Shown here: piece after piece, positions 30,088-39,820 of the stretch | Position numbering within the stretch: the stretch's first letter is position 1 | How the letters are laid out: every line of letters begins with the position of its first letter | Source: Acutalibacteraceae bacterium | GTDB taxonomy: Bacteria; Bacillota; Clostridia; Oscillospirales; Acutalibacteraceae | Assembly (NCBI GenBank): GCA_045590395.1 | Contig: JAZNQX010000063.1 | Location: forward strand, 5,135 to 69,134 | Direction: 5' to 3' | DNA length: 64,000 bases | Position numbers and translations under genes: made by a program | Notes under the pieces: model-generated | What the model saw: only the letters and a program-made list of their open reading frames with translations | Databases searched by the model: none | What the model was told of the DNA's origin: nothing

Positions 30088-33000
30088 ATGCTGCTTCGTT
30101 CAATAGTGGTGCAGGGCTTTAAGTCCTTTGCAGACAAGACCGTACTGAAATTCGGTACGGGTATTACGGCTGTTGTAGGCCCTAACGGTAGCGGAAAAAG
30201 TAATATTTCCGATGCTGTTCGTTGGGTGCTTGGTGAACAGTCTACTAAAAGTCTGCGTGGACAGTCTATGGAGGATGTTATATTCTCCGGTACCGCTTCG
30301 CGCCGTCCTCACGGCTTCTGCGAAGTAACACTTAACATAGATAACTCTGACAGAACACTGAATTTTGATAATGACAGTGTTTCTATTACCCGTCGTTATT
30401 ACCGCTCTCACGAGAGTGAGTATCTTATCAACAATGTTTCTGTTCGTCTTAAGGATGTTAATGAACTGTTTATGGATACAGGTCTTGGCAGAGACGGCTA
30501 TTCTATGATAGGACAGGGTAAAATTGATACAATTATAAGCTCAAAATCGGGGGAACGTCGCGATATCTTTGAAGAGGCTTCGGGTATTTCAAAATACCGT
30601 TACAGAAAAATTGAAGCCGAAAGAAAGCTGTCTGCTGCAGAAGAAAATCTGCTTCGTCTTAAAGACATTATGAATGAGCTTGAAAGCAGAGTGGGTCCTC
30701 TTGAACAGCAGAGTAAAAAGGCTGAAAGGTTTTTAGAACTGGCTGATAGGAAGAAGAATCTTGAAATCGGCTTGTGGCTTTATACATTGAGTAATTCAAA
30801 ACAGGCACTACGAGAGCAGGAAAATAAAATTTCTATTGCTACTATGCAGTATAAGGAAATTGACGAAAAACTGCAGAGCTTTGACCAGGAAAATGAGAAA
30901 AATAACCGAGAATTTGCGCTTTTAACCACAGCCCTTGAGGAATGCAGAAATAATATTGCCGCAAAAAATGAAGATATTGCAACCTTGAACGGTGAAATAT
31001 CGGTAGTTTGCCGCGATATTGAGCATAATGACGAAACTATTGAGCGTCTTATTTCTGAACGTGAAGAGCTTAAAAAGACCGATGAATCGGCAACAGGCGA
31101 AATTGAAAGCAAGAAGCTTGCGGTAGAGGAAGCCAAAGAGGAAATAAAGGGCTTTGAAGAAAAGCTTGTCGCCCTTGAAAAAGAGCTTAGCGATATGCTC
31201 AAGGAGAGCGAGAGCATTTCAAGAAATATTGAAGAACTTGTTAAACAGTTAAACACCGTTTCGGTTAAGAGCGGTGATTTAAGGGTTGCTATGATGACTG
31301 CCGAAAGCAGTATAACCGAAATTGAGGGCAGAACTGCAAGTGTCGATGAAACCCTAAAGGAAAAAGAAGTACAGCTTGACGCTCTAAATAATGAGTTTGA
31401 CGAAAATAAGGACTTCTTAAATAAAACAGAGGAAACCGTAACCGAGTGCACCAATGCTCTCGGCGGTTATGAGCTTAAATATAACTCACGCAAGGAAAAA
31501 GCCGAAATCTGTAAAGAGGAGTGCGAAAAGCTTCGTCTTGACAGAGAGGCAAAACTGCGCCGTATTCAGATTTTAAGTGAGCTTGAAAAGAATCTTGAGG
31601 GCTTCCACAATTCTGTTAAAGAGGTTATGAATGCCTCTAAGACAGGAACACTAAGAGGAATTCACGGCCCTGTTTCTTCCATTATAAATGTTGATAAAGA
31701 GTTTTCCGTTGCTATTGAAACAGCCTTGGGTGCGACCATTCAGCAGATTGTTTGTGACGGTGAAAATGATGCAAAGCGCGCCATTGAAATGCTGAAATCC
31801 TCAGGCGGCGGCCGTGCTACATTTTTGCCCATTTCCTCAATTAAATCAAGAGAATTTAAGGAATCGGGCTATGAGGAAATGTACGGCTATGTGGGTCTTG
31901 CACCCGAACTTATAAACTGTGACGAAAAGTACAGAGAGATTATTAAATATCTGCTTGGTAATACCGTTGTTTGTGAAGACCTTGACAGCGCGGTTGCTAT
32001 TTCTAAAAAGTTTGGTTACCGCTTTAAAACAGTTTCGCTTGACGGTCAGGTAGTAAACGCAGGCGGTTCTCTTACCGGTGGCTCTCTTATAAAGAATGCA
32101 GGTATTTTGAGCAGAGCAAGTGATATAAGACGCCTTCAGGATGAAAACGAAAAACTTGCCGCTAAACTCAAAATCAAGGAAGACGAGTTATCTGCTCTTT
32201 TAAGCGAACTTGCAAAAGCTGAGGACGATATTACTGCCGCAAAGGCTACTCTTGCAACTGCAAATGAAGATAAAATTAGAGTTCTTGGTGAGCTAAAGCG
32301 TATTGAGGACATCAGAAATTCTGTTAAACAGACTCTTGATGAGCTTAAAAGCGAGAAAACCTCGTCTGCTGAAAAGATAGCCACTCTTAAAGAAACAGCC
32401 GCTTCTTCTGCTAAAGAAATTGCTGTGCTTGACGGCGAAAAGCAGGAAATTCAGGCAAAAATTGATATGCACAGCGGTGGCAGAGATTCTCTTGCAGATA
32501 AGCGCGAGGAAATCGGCAATGCTATGACAGAGGTTAAGATGGACATCCTGAATAAAAAGAAGGATGTGGAAAATTTACTGCTCAGTGCTGATGCTATTGC
32601 CGCTACAATAGGCGACAGAAGTAAGCGTATGGAGGCTATAACAGGCGAACTAAGCAGTATCGACCTTTTAAAAGCCGACCTTAATAAAAAGCTTCTTGAA
32701 ATAAAGCAGGTAATTGAAGAACACAAAAACAGCATTACTTTAAATGAATCAGAAATAGAGCGCCTTACAAAAGAACGCGAAAATATTGAAAAACTTGGCC
32801 TTGAGATTCGCTCAAGCGAAAAAGAGCGTACCCTTGAGCGTGAAAAAATCGGTGGCGAGCTTGCCCGTCTTACCGAGCGTAAAGAGGTTATGCTAAAAGA
32901 ATATGACGCTGTTATCCGTCAGCTTTATGATGAATATCAGCTTACCCGTACCGAAGCAGAAAATACAGGTATTACGGTTGAAAACCCTGCTGAGGCAAAG

Positions 33001-33669
33001 AAAGAACTTCACGAGGTTAAATCGGGTATACGCGCTCTCGGTAATGTTAATGTTTCGGCTATTGAGGAATACAAGGAAGTATATGAAAGATACACCTTTA
33101 TGTCTGCGCAGATTGATGACGTGGAGAAATCCCGTACCGAGCTTAATAAGCTTATAAATCAGCTTACTGCACAGATGAAAGAGCTATTTACCGTAGGCTT
33201 TGAAAAGATAAGCCAAAACTTTGCCGTTACCTTTACAGAGCTTTTCGGCGGCGGAAGCGCTTCTCTTGCTCTTAGTGACCCCGAAAATGTGCTGGAAAGC
33301 GGTATAGATATACTTGTAAAGCTGCCGGGTAAAAATGTACCCAGCCTTGACGGTCTGTCAGGCGGTGAAAAGGCGCTTATTGCTCTTGCAATTTACTTTG
33401 CAATAATGAGAGTAAATGCTCCGCCTTTCTGCTTCCTTGATGAAGTTGATACAGCCCTTGACGAAATAAACGTTGAAAGGGTTGCAGAGTATATGCGCCG
33501 TCCTGACTTTACAACACAGTTTATCTGTGTTACCCACAGACGCGGTACAATGGAAGCGGCTGATATGCTTTACGGTGTTACTATGCAGGAAAAGGGCGTT
33601 ACAAAACTGCTTGAACTTAATGTTAACGAGCTTGAAAAAAGATTAATGCTTGAAAACGGTGATAAATAA
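30088..33669 (+). CDS. smc: Chromosome partition protein Smc
   Basis: 1193 aa: Walker A GPNGSGKSN, long coiled coils, a hinge, the signature LSGGEKAL and Walker B FCFLDEVD. Confidence 0.96.
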   Translation: MLLRSIVVQGFKSFADKTVLKFGTGITAVVGPNGSGKSNISDAVRWVLGEQSTKSLRGQSMEDVIFSGTASRRPHGFCEVTLNIDNSDRTLNFDNDSVSITRRYYRSHESEYLINNVSVRLKDVNELFMDTGLGRDGYSMIGQGKIDTIISSKSGERRDIFEEASGISKYRYRKIEAERKLSAAEENLLRLKDIMNELESRVGPLEQQSKKAERFLELADRKKNLEIGLWLYTLSNSKQALREQENKISIATMQYKEIDEKLQSFDQENEKNNREFALLTTALEECRNNIAAKNEDIATLNGEISVVCRDIEHNDETIERLISEREELKKTDESATGEIESKKLAVEEAKEEIKGFEEKLVALEKELSDMLKESESISRNIEELVKQLNTVSVKSGDLRVAMMTAESSITEIEGRTASVDETLKEKEVQLDALNNEFDENKDFLNKTEETVTECTNALGGYELKYNSRKEKAEICKEECEKLRLDREAKLRRIQILSELEKNLEGFHNSVKEVMNASKTGTLRGIHGPVSSIINVDKEFSVAIETALGATIQQIVCDGENDAKRAIEMLKSSGGGRATFLPISSIKSREFKESGYEEMYGYVGLAPELINCDEKYREIIKYLLGNTVVCEDLDSAVAISKKFGYRFKTVSLDGQVVNAGGSLTGGSLIKNAGILSRASDIRRLQDENEKLAAKLKIKEDELSALLSELAKAEDDITAAKATLATANEDKIRVLGELKRIEDIRNSVKQTLDELKSEKTSSAEKIATLKETAASSAKEIAVLDGEKQEIQAKIDMHSGGRDSLADKREEIGNAMTEVKMDILNKKKDVENLLLSADAIAATIGDRSKRMEAITGELSSIDLLKADLNKKLLEIKQVIEEHKNSITLNESEIERLTKERENIEKLGLEIRSSEKERTLEREKIGGELARLTERKEVMLKEYDAVIRQLYDEYQLTRTEAENTGITVENPAEAKKELHEVKSGIRALGNVNVSAIEEYKEVYERYTFMSAQIDDVEKSRTELNKLINQLTAQMKELFTVGFEKISQNFAVTFTELFGGGSASLALSDPENVLESGIDILVKLPGKNVPSLDGLSGGEKALIALAIYFAIMRVNAPPFCFLDEVDTALDEINVERVAEYMRRPDFTTQFICVTHRRGTMEAADMLYGVTMQEKGVTKLLELNVNELEKRLMLENGDK

Positions 33670-34583
33670 TGGGTTTTTTCGGTAAAATTAAAGCCGGCCT
33701 TGCTAAAACAAGGTCACAGCTTGCAGAAAATATAAATTCTGTTATAAACAGCTTTACAAAAATTGATGAAGAACTTTTTGAAGAGCTTGAAGAAATACTT
33801 GTGCTTTCTGACATAGGCTGTGTTACTGCGGCCCAGATTTGTGACGAGCTTAGAAGCGAAATAAAGAAAACAGGCGAAAAAGACCCTGCAAACATCCGCG
33901 TTATGCTTAAAGAAATTATCAAGGAAAAAATGCAGGGTGATTGCTCTTTAAAGCTTAGCACCAAGCCGTCACTTATTCTCGTTATCGGTGTAAACGGTGT
34001 TGGTAAAACAACATCAATAGGAAAACTTGCGGCAAAGTTTAAGGCAGAGGGTAAAAATGTGGTGCTTGGCGCCGCCGATACCTTCCGCGCCGCCGCTATT
34101 GACCAGTTATCTGTATGGGCAGAGCGTGCAGGTGTTTCCATTGTAAAAGGCAAAGAGGGAACCGACCCTGCGTCAGTTGTTTATGATACTATAGCTCACG
34201 CAAAAGCAAAGGGAGCAGATGTTATTATTTGTGATACTGCTGGAAGACTTCATAACAAGAAAAACCTTATGGATGAGCTTAGCAAAATTTACAGAATTAT
34301 AAACCGCGAACTTCCCGATGCCGATAAAGAATCCTTACTGGTGCTTGATGCTACAACGGGACAGAATGCTGTAAATCAGGCAAAGGAATTTAAAAATGCC
34401 GCAGATATAACGGGCATTATTCTTACAAAGCTTGACGGTACTGCCCGTGGCGGTGTTGTTCTTGCAATAAAGAACGAACTGGGTATACCTGTTAAATTTG
34501 TGGGTGTGGGCGAGGGTGTAGACGACCTTATGAGCTTTAACCCTGAGGAGTTTGCCGCAGGAATTATTGATGCTGAGGAATAA
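33669..34583 (+). CDS. ftsY: Signal recognition particle receptor FtsY
   Basis: GVNGVGKTTSIGKLA, DTAGR and TKLDGTARGG. Confidence 0.95.
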   Translation: MGFFGKIKAGLAKTRSQLAENINSVINSFTKIDEELFEELEEILVLSDIGCVTAAQICDELRSEIKKTGEKDPANIRVMLKEIIKEKMQGDCSLKLSTKPSLILVIGVNGVGKTTSIGKLAAKFKAEGKNVVLGAADTFRAAAIDQLSVWAERAGVSIVKGKEGTDPASVVYDTIAHAKAKGADVIICDTAGRLHNKKNLMDELSKIYRIINRELPDADKESLLVLDATTGQNAVNQAKEFKNAADITGIILTKLDGTARGGVVLAIKNELGIPVKFVGVGEGVDDLMSFNPEEFAAGIIDAEE

Positions 34584-34585
34584 TT

Positions 34586-35179
34586 ATGAAGTTTTTTATA
34601 GCCACTAAAAATAAGGGTAAGAAAAAAGAGCTTGAGAGAATTCTTATGCCTCTGGGTATTACCGTTATAAGTGAAGATGAGCTAAGCAGTCCTATTGAAG
34701 ACGTTGAAGAAACAGGTACTACCTTTGAGGAAAATGCTCTTATAAAAGCAAGGGCAGGGTGCATTGCTTCAAAGCTTCCTACCGTTGCTGATGATTCGGG
34801 GCTTTGTGTAGATGCGCTTGGCGGAGAGCCGGGTATTTATACCGCTCGATATGCAGGTGAGCCTACCGATAACGCAAAGAACAATGCAAAACTGCTTGAA
34901 AATTTAAAGGGTGTACCAAGCTTTAAGCGTACCGCTCGCTTTGTCAGCGCAGTTGCCTGTGTTTTCCCCGATGGCAGAGAATTTACCGTAAGGGGCGAGG
35001 TTGAAGGCATAATAGGTGAAAGCCTTTGCGGAACCAACGGTTTTGGCTATGACCCTCTATTTATAAGTGAGCTTGGCTGTTTCGGTGAGATAAGCGACGA
35101 AGAGAAGGACAGTATTAGTCACAGAGGAAGAGCTCTTAAAGAACTTTACATAAAACTGAAAGAGGAATATTTATGTTAA
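34586..35179 (+). CDS. rdgB: XTP/dITP diphosphatase (RdgB/HAM1 family)
   Basis: ATKNKGKKKEL, DDSGLCVDAL and FGYDPLF. Confidence 0.9.
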   Translation: MKFFIATKNKGKKKELERILMPLGITVISEDELSSPIEDVEETGTTFEENALIKARAGCIASKLPTVADDSGLCVDALGGEPGIYTARYAGEPTDNAKNNAKLLENLKGVPSFKRTARFVSAVACVFPDGREFTVRGEVEGIIGESLCGTNGFGYDPLFISELGCFGEISDEEKDSISHRGRALKELYIKLKEEYLC

Positions 35180-35472
35180 ACAGCAGACAGCGCGCCTTTC
35201 TACGAGGAATGGCAAACGACTATGAAACTATAATACAAATCGGCAAGGGCGGAATTTCACCTGCTCTTATAAAAACCGTCAGCGAAGCCCTTTATGTTAG
35301 AGAGCTTATTAAAATAAAGGTACATTCTACCGCACCCGATGATATTAAAAATATTGCGGCAGAAGTAGCAGAGCAGACAGACGCTGAGGTTGTTCATATT
35401 ATAGGTTCTAAAATAATTTTATATAAGCACAGCGACAACAAGGATATAACTCCTATTAAGTTGGTAAAATAG
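35173..35472 (+). CDS. yhbY: Ribosome assembly RNA-binding protein YhbY (CRM domain)
   Basis: LNSRQRAFLRGMANDYETIIQIGKGGIS. Confidence 0.85.
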   Translation: MLNSRQRAFLRGMANDYETIIQIGKGGISPALIKTVSEALYVRELIKIKVHSTAPDDIKNIAAEVAEQTDAEVVHIIGSKIILYKHSDNKDITPIKLVK

Positions 35473-35473
35473 T

Positions 35474-36064
35474 ATGGGAAATGTTGCTGTTTTCGGCGGA
35501 ACCTTTAACCCTATTCATAATGAGCATATACGAATGATAAGGTGCATAAGCGACCTTAACTTTATTGACAAAATCCTTGTTATACCCACCCATATTCCGC
35601 CGCATAAAACGGCAGAATACTTGGCAGACGATAACCACAGATACAATATGTGCAAAATTGCCGTAGATGGTATTAAAAAGACAGAGGTTAGTGATTTTGA
35701 AATAAAGCGTCAGGGCAAAAGCTATACCTTTTATACCATAAAGGCGCTGAGAGAAGAATATGCAAATGACAATTTTTTTGTGGTTTGCGGAGCAGATATG
35801 GCAATAACCCTTGATACCTGGCACAGATATGACGAGCTTAAAAAACTGTGCACCTTTCTGGTTGTTGACCGCCCAGGTACAGATAAAAATGAGCTTCGTG
35901 CCTATATTGAGCAGTTAAAACTGGACGGCGCTGAAATTCTCTTTGTTGACTTAAATACAGAGGATGTTTCCTCTACCAATTTAAGAAAAGGTATGGACAG
36001 CGCGCTTGTTCCAAAAGGTGTTGCCGATTATATAAAAGAAAAAGGTTTATATAATAATGAATGA
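35474..36064 (+). CDS. nadD: Nicotinate-nucleotide adenylyltransferase
   Basis: GGTFNPIHNEH and the ISSTxxR-like motif VSSTNLR. Confidence 0.9.
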   Translation: MGNVAVFGGTFNPIHNEHIRMIRCISDLNFIDKILVIPTHIPPHKTAEYLADDNHRYNMCKIAVDGIKKTEVSDFEIKRQGKSYTFYTIKALREEYANDNFFVVCGADMAITLDTWHRYDELKKLCTFLVVDRPGTDKNELRAYIEQLKLDGAEILFVDLNTEDVSSTNLRKGMDSALVPKGVADYIKEKGLYNNE

Positions 36065-36635
36065 AAATTATGAAAAATATGTAGAAATTATAAGAGAAAA
36101 GCTTGATGACTTTCGTTTTACACATAGCCTTGCTGTAGCCGATAGGGCAGTAGAACTGGCGGAAAAATACGGAGCAGATAAGGAAAAGGCTTATCTTGCT
36201 GGTCTTTTGCACGATATAACCAAAAATTTATCGAAGGACGAGCAGTTGCAATTTTTCGGTAGTTCTGCTATAATGCTTTCGAATGTTGAAAAGGCTTCCC
36301 CTAAGGTTTGGCACGCCATAAGCGGTGCTTGCTATATTAAAAATGTTTTAAAAATCGCTGACAGCGAAATTATAAATGCTGTTCGTTATCATACTACGGG
36401 AAGGGAGAATATGAGCCTTCTGGAAAAGGTGGTATACATAGCCGATTTTACGTCAATAGACAGAAACTATACGGATGTTGATATACTAAGAGCAAAGGTT
36501 AATGAAAATCTAAATGACGGCATTATATATGCTCTAAGATACACTATCAATTCGCTAAGTGAAAAAAATCAGGTTATTCATCCCGACACCTTGTCGGCCT
36601 ATAATCAATTATTATGTGAAGGTATGCTAAAATGA
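36057..36635 (+). CDS. yqeK: HD-domain bis(5'-nucleosyl)-tetraphosphatase YqeK
   Basis: HSLAVADRAVELA...GLLHDITK. Conserved nadD-yqeK-rsfS synteny. Confidence 0.85.
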   Translation: MNENYEKYVEIIREKLDDFRFTHSLAVADRAVELAEKYGADKEKAYLAGLLHDITKNLSKDEQLQFFGSSAIMLSNVEKASPKVWHAISGACYIKNVLKIADSEIINAVRYHTTGRENMSLLEKVVYIADFTSIDRNYTDVDILRAKVNENLNDGIIYALRYTINSLSEKNQVIHPDTLSAYNQLLCEGMLK

Positions 36636-36982
36636 AATCAACTGAAATATTAGAAATTGCTGTAAAGGCTCTTGACTCTAAAAAGGGTCAGGATATAAAT
36701 GCAATAAAGGTTGACGACCTTACCGTTATTGCCGATTACTTTGTAATGGCAACCGCTTCTTCAAGCACGCAGGTACGCGCTCTTGCCGAGGAGGTTGAAT
36801 ACCAGTTAGACCTTAAGAATAATCCTGTTCATCATATAGAGGGCAGGGGCTCAAATTGGATATTGCTTGACTACGGCAGTGTTATAGTTCACGTTTTCCA
36901 TAGAGAAGCCCGTGAATTTTACGGACTGGACAGAACTTGGGCTGACGGCCAGCAGATAGATATAACTAAATTCCTGACATAA
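36632..36982 (+). CDS. rsfS: Ribosome silencing factor RsfS
   Basis: 116 aa: DYFVMATASSSTQVRAL, WILLDYGSVIVHVF. Confidence 0.9.
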   Translation: MKSTEILEIAVKALDSKKGQDINAIKVDDLTVIADYFVMATASSSTQVRALAEEVEYQLDLKNNPVHHIEGRGSNWILLDYGSVIVHVFHREAREFYGLDRTWADGQQIDITKFLT

Positions 36983-37000
36983 GAAAGAGGTAGAAGATTT

Positions 37001-39409
37001 ATGAAACAGGAAAGATATAATTTTACTGAAATTGAAAAGAAATGGCAGGATATATGGGATAAGGAACAGCCCTTTGCCGCAAAGAATGACTATACTTTGC
37101 CCAAGTTTTACGGCCTTGTTGAGTTCCCGTATCCGTCAGGTCAGGGTCTTCATGTAGGACATCCCCGTTCATATACCGCCATTGATATAGTTGCGCGTAA
37201 AAAGCGTCTTCAGGGCTATAATGTGCTTTATCCTATGGGTTGGGATGCTTTCGGTCTTCCTACCGAAAACTTTGCAATTAAGAATCATATACACCCTGAA
37301 ATTGTTACTAAAAACAATGTAGAAAACTTTAAGCGTCAGTTAAAATCACTTGGTTTTTCTTTTGACTGGAACAGAGAAATAAATACCACCGACCCTGCTT
37401 ATTATAAGTGGACACAGTGGATATTCTTAAAGCTTTTTGAAAACGGCCTTGCTTATAAAAAGAAGATGGCTGTTAATTGGTGTACCTCTTGTAAGTGCGT
37501 TCTTGCCAATGAAGAGGTTGTAAACGGTGTGTGCGAACGCTGCGGAAGTCAGGTCATACATAAAGAAAAAAGCCAGTGGATGCTTAAAATCACCGAGTAT
37601 GCAGGAAAGCTTATTGATGACCTTGCTACTGTTGATTTTATTGACAGAGTTAAAACTCAGCAGGAAAATTGGATAGGCCGTTCCTTCGGTACTCAGGTTA
37701 AATTCACCGCTACAACAGGTGATGTATTCGAAATATACACCACCCGTGCCGATACACTTTTCGGTGCTACCTATATGGTACTCTCTCCTGAGCATCCTCT
37801 TATTGATAAATGGTCTGATAAAATTGAGAATATGGATGAAGTTCTGTCTTACAAGGCTGAGGCTGCAAAGAAATCAGACTTTGAAAGAACCGAACTCGCT
37901 AAGGACAAGACAGGTGTATGCCTTAAGGGTGTTAAGGCTATAAACCCTGTAAACAATACCGAAATTCCCATTTTTATTTCAGATTATGTTCTTATTTCTT
38001 ATGGTACAGGCGCTATTATGGCAGTTCCCGCCCATGATACACGTGACTGGGAATTCGCCAAGAAATTCGACCTTCCTATTATTGAGGTTGTAAAGGGCGG
38101 CAATGTAGAGGAAGAAGCCTTTACCGACTGCGCTACCGGTACTATGGTAAATTCGGGCTTCCTTGACGGTATGAGTGTTGAGGATGCCAAGGTTGCTATT
38201 CAGAACTGGCTTAGTGATAAGGGAATAGGCGAGAGAAAAACAAACTATAAGCTTCGTGACTGGGTATTCTCCCGTCAGCGTTATTGGGGTGAGCCTATTC
38301 CTATGGTTCACTGTGACTGTTGCGGATATGTTCCTCTGCCCGAGAACGAGCTTCCTCTGCTTTTGCCTGAGGTAGAGTCTTACGAGCCTACCGATAACGG
38401 TGAATCTCCTCTTGCTAATATTACCGAGTGGATAAACACCACCTGTCCCAAATGCGGCGGCAAGGCTGTTCGTGAAACCGACACTATGCCTCAGTGGGCC
38501 GGATCTTCCTGGTACTTCCTTCGTTACTGTGACCCCAACAATGATAAAGAACTGGCTTCTAAAGAGGCTCTTGAATACTGGGGCCCCGTTGACTGGTATA
38601 ACGGCGGTATGGAGCATACAACTCTCCATCTGCTTTATAGCCGTTTCTGGCATAAATTCCTTTATGATATCGGTGTTGTACCCAATCCTGAGCCCTACGC
38701 TAAGCGTACAAGTCACGGTATGATACTGGGTGAGAACGGCGAAAAGATGTCTAAGTCCCGAGGCAACGTAATTAACCCCGACGATATTATAAATGAGTAC
38801 GGCGCCGACACAATGCGTCTTTACGAAATGTTTATAGGTGACTTTGAAAAGGCGGCTCCCTGGAGTACCTCGTCTATCAAGGGCTGTAAGCGTTTCCTTG
38901 ACAGAGTATGGGCGCTTAAGGAAAATGTTATCGACGGTGATTCATACAGAGCAGAACTCGAAAGCGAAATTCATAAAATGATTCGCAAGGTGAGTGAAGA
39001 TATTGAAAGCCTTAAAATGAATACCGCTATTGCTTCTATGATGTCTTTCATTAATACTGTAGGCAATACTATCAACAAGGCAGAATATAAGACTCTTCTT
39101 ATCCTCCTTAACCCCTTTGCTCCTCATATAACCGAGGAAATCTGGGAGGAACTGGGCTTTGAAGGCAGACTTAATCAGGCAAGCTGGCCTCAGTATGACG
39201 AGGCTAAGTGCATTGAGTCTACCGTTGAAATTGTTATACAGATTAACGGTAAACTTCGCGGCAGAATAAATATTCCTGCCGAAATAGGCGCAGATGATGC
39301 AATTGCCCTTGCAAAAGAAGCAGAAGGTATATCTGCACTGTTCGAGGGCAAAACTATTGTCAAAGAACTTTATGTACCTAAGAAGCTTGTTAATATCGTA
39401 GTAAAATAA
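37001..39409 (+). CDS. leuS: Leucine--tRNA ligase
   Basis: 802 aa: HVGH (HIGH) motif, KMSKS and a CP1 editing domain. There is no room for a T-box leader (18 nt after rsfS). Confidence 0.97.
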   Translation: MKQERYNFTEIEKKWQDIWDKEQPFAAKNDYTLPKFYGLVEFPYPSGQGLHVGHPRSYTAIDIVARKKRLQGYNVLYPMGWDAFGLPTENFAIKNHIHPEIVTKNNVENFKRQLKSLGFSFDWNREINTTDPAYYKWTQWIFLKLFENGLAYKKKMAVNWCTSCKCVLANEEVVNGVCERCGSQVIHKEKSQWMLKITEYAGKLIDDLATVDFIDRVKTQQENWIGRSFGTQVKFTATTGDVFEIYTTRADTLFGATYMVLSPEHPLIDKWSDKIENMDEVLSYKAEAAKKSDFERTELAKDKTGVCLKGVKAINPVNNTEIPIFISDYVLISYGTGAIMAVPAHDTRDWEFAKKFDLPIIEVVKGGNVEEEAFTDCATGTMVNSGFLDGMSVEDAKVAIQNWLSDKGIGERKTNYKLRDWVFSRQRYWGEPIPMVHCDCCGYVPLPENELPLLLPEVESYEPTDNGESPLANITEWINTTCPKCGGKAVRETDTMPQWAGSSWYFLRYCDPNNDKELASKEALEYWGPVDWYNGGMEHTTLHLLYSRFWHKFLYDIGVVPNPEPYAKRTSHGMILGENGEKMSKSRGNVINPDDIINEYGADTMRLYEMFIGDFEKAAPWSTSSIKGCKRFLDRVWALKENVIDGDSYRAELESEIHKMIRKVSEDIESLKMNTAIASMMSFINTVGNTINKAEYKTLLILLNPFAPHITEEIWEELGFEGRLNQASWPQYDEAKCIESTVEIVIQINGKLRGRINIPAEIGADDAIALAKEAEGISALFEGKTIVKELYVPKKLVNIVVK

Positions 39410-39417
39410 AGTGTTTT

Positions 39418-39447
39418 CGTGGGGCATTTTTGCCCCACGATATTTTT
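39418..39447 (+). terminator. Intrinsic terminator after leuS
   Basis: CGTGGGGCA-TTTT-TGCCCCACG followed by ATATTTTT. Confidence 0.75.
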
Positions 39448-39458
39448 AAAGAAAGTGC

Positions 39459-39487
39459 TTGACAAAAGCAAGCCTCTTTGTTATAAT
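39459..39487 (+). promoter_or_regulatory. Putative sigma-A promoter of tRNA-Lys
   Basis: TTGACA, 17 nt, TATAAT. Confidence 0.65.
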
Positions 39488-39510
39488 AATTATCGTTGCA
39501 AAAAAGATAT

Positions 39511-39586
39511 GATCCATTAGCTCAGCCGGTAGAGCACATGACTTTTAATCATGGTGTCCGGAGTTCGATTCTCCGATGGGTCACCA
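39511..39586 (+). tRNA. tRNA-Lys (anticodon UUU); CCA is encoded
   Basis: GATCCATTAGCTCAGCCGGTAGAGCACATGACTTTTAATCATGGTGTCCGGAGTTCGATTCTCCGATGGGTCACCA forms a clean cloverleaf with anticodon loop CTTTTAA. Confidence 0.95.
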
Positions 39587-39619
39587 AAACCCGAAGCAAA
39601 AGCTTCGGGTTTCTTTTTT
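39587..39619 (+). terminator. Intrinsic terminator after tRNA-Lys
   Basis: AAACCCGAAGC-AAAA-GCTTCGGGTTT followed by CTTTTTT. Confidence 0.75.
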
Positions 39620-39633
39620 GTTCGATAATAAAA

Positions 39634-39785
39634 CGGAGAATCGAACTCTGAGAGAGTGAGCGGCGTTAAGAAAACAGTTCGGTGAACTGTTTTTAGACGC
39701 GAAGTGTGAGACGGGTACTGTTCGCAAAGCGAACGGTCGTCGAGGACGGAATGTGCGAAGCTCATTCTTCTCCGATGGGTCACCA
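39634..39785 (+). repeat. tRNA-linked conserved module, Lys copy. Order: antisense T-arm fragment, hairpin+U-run, two-tier hairpin, exact 18-nt T-loop-to-CCA copy
   Basis: CGGAGAATCGAACTC (39634-39648) is the reverse complement of the tRNA-Lys T-arm. 39768-39785 is identical to 39569-39586. The internal blocks are shared with 8770-8931 on the minus strand. Confidence 0.6.
39696..39785 (+). other. 90-nt tRNA-Lys-like element / displaced tRNA-Lys 3' fragment ending in ...TTCTCCGATGGGTCACCA
   Basis: Same length and architecture as 8770-8859: a 5' heptamer (GACGCGA, 5/7 complementary to ATGGGTC), a 7-nt linker, the conserved hairpin at 39710-39741, a T-stem-like CGGAA/CTCCG around an 18-nt insert, an acceptor 3' strand and ACCA. 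Confidence 0.45.
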
Positions 39786-39786
39786 G

Positions 39787-39818
39787 AAAAAACGACTTGT
39801 TAAAACAAGTCGTTTTTT
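39787..39818 (+). terminator. Intrinsic terminator closing the tRNA-Lys-linked module
   Basis: AAAAAACGACTTGT-TAAA-ACAAGTCGTTTTTT. Confidence 0.7.
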
Positions 39819-39820
39819 AG

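Noticed and set aside
30780-31454. 224-aa ORF on the minus strand inside smc, and similar long antisense ORFs at 37979-38716 in leuS, 41993-42727 and 44293-44979 in the synthetase genes, and 46981-47682 in the OFOR genes
   Set aside because: These are shadow ORFs opposite strongly conserved genes. Their products are low-complexity, Ser/Leu/Phe-rich, with no recognisable family, RBS or promoter.
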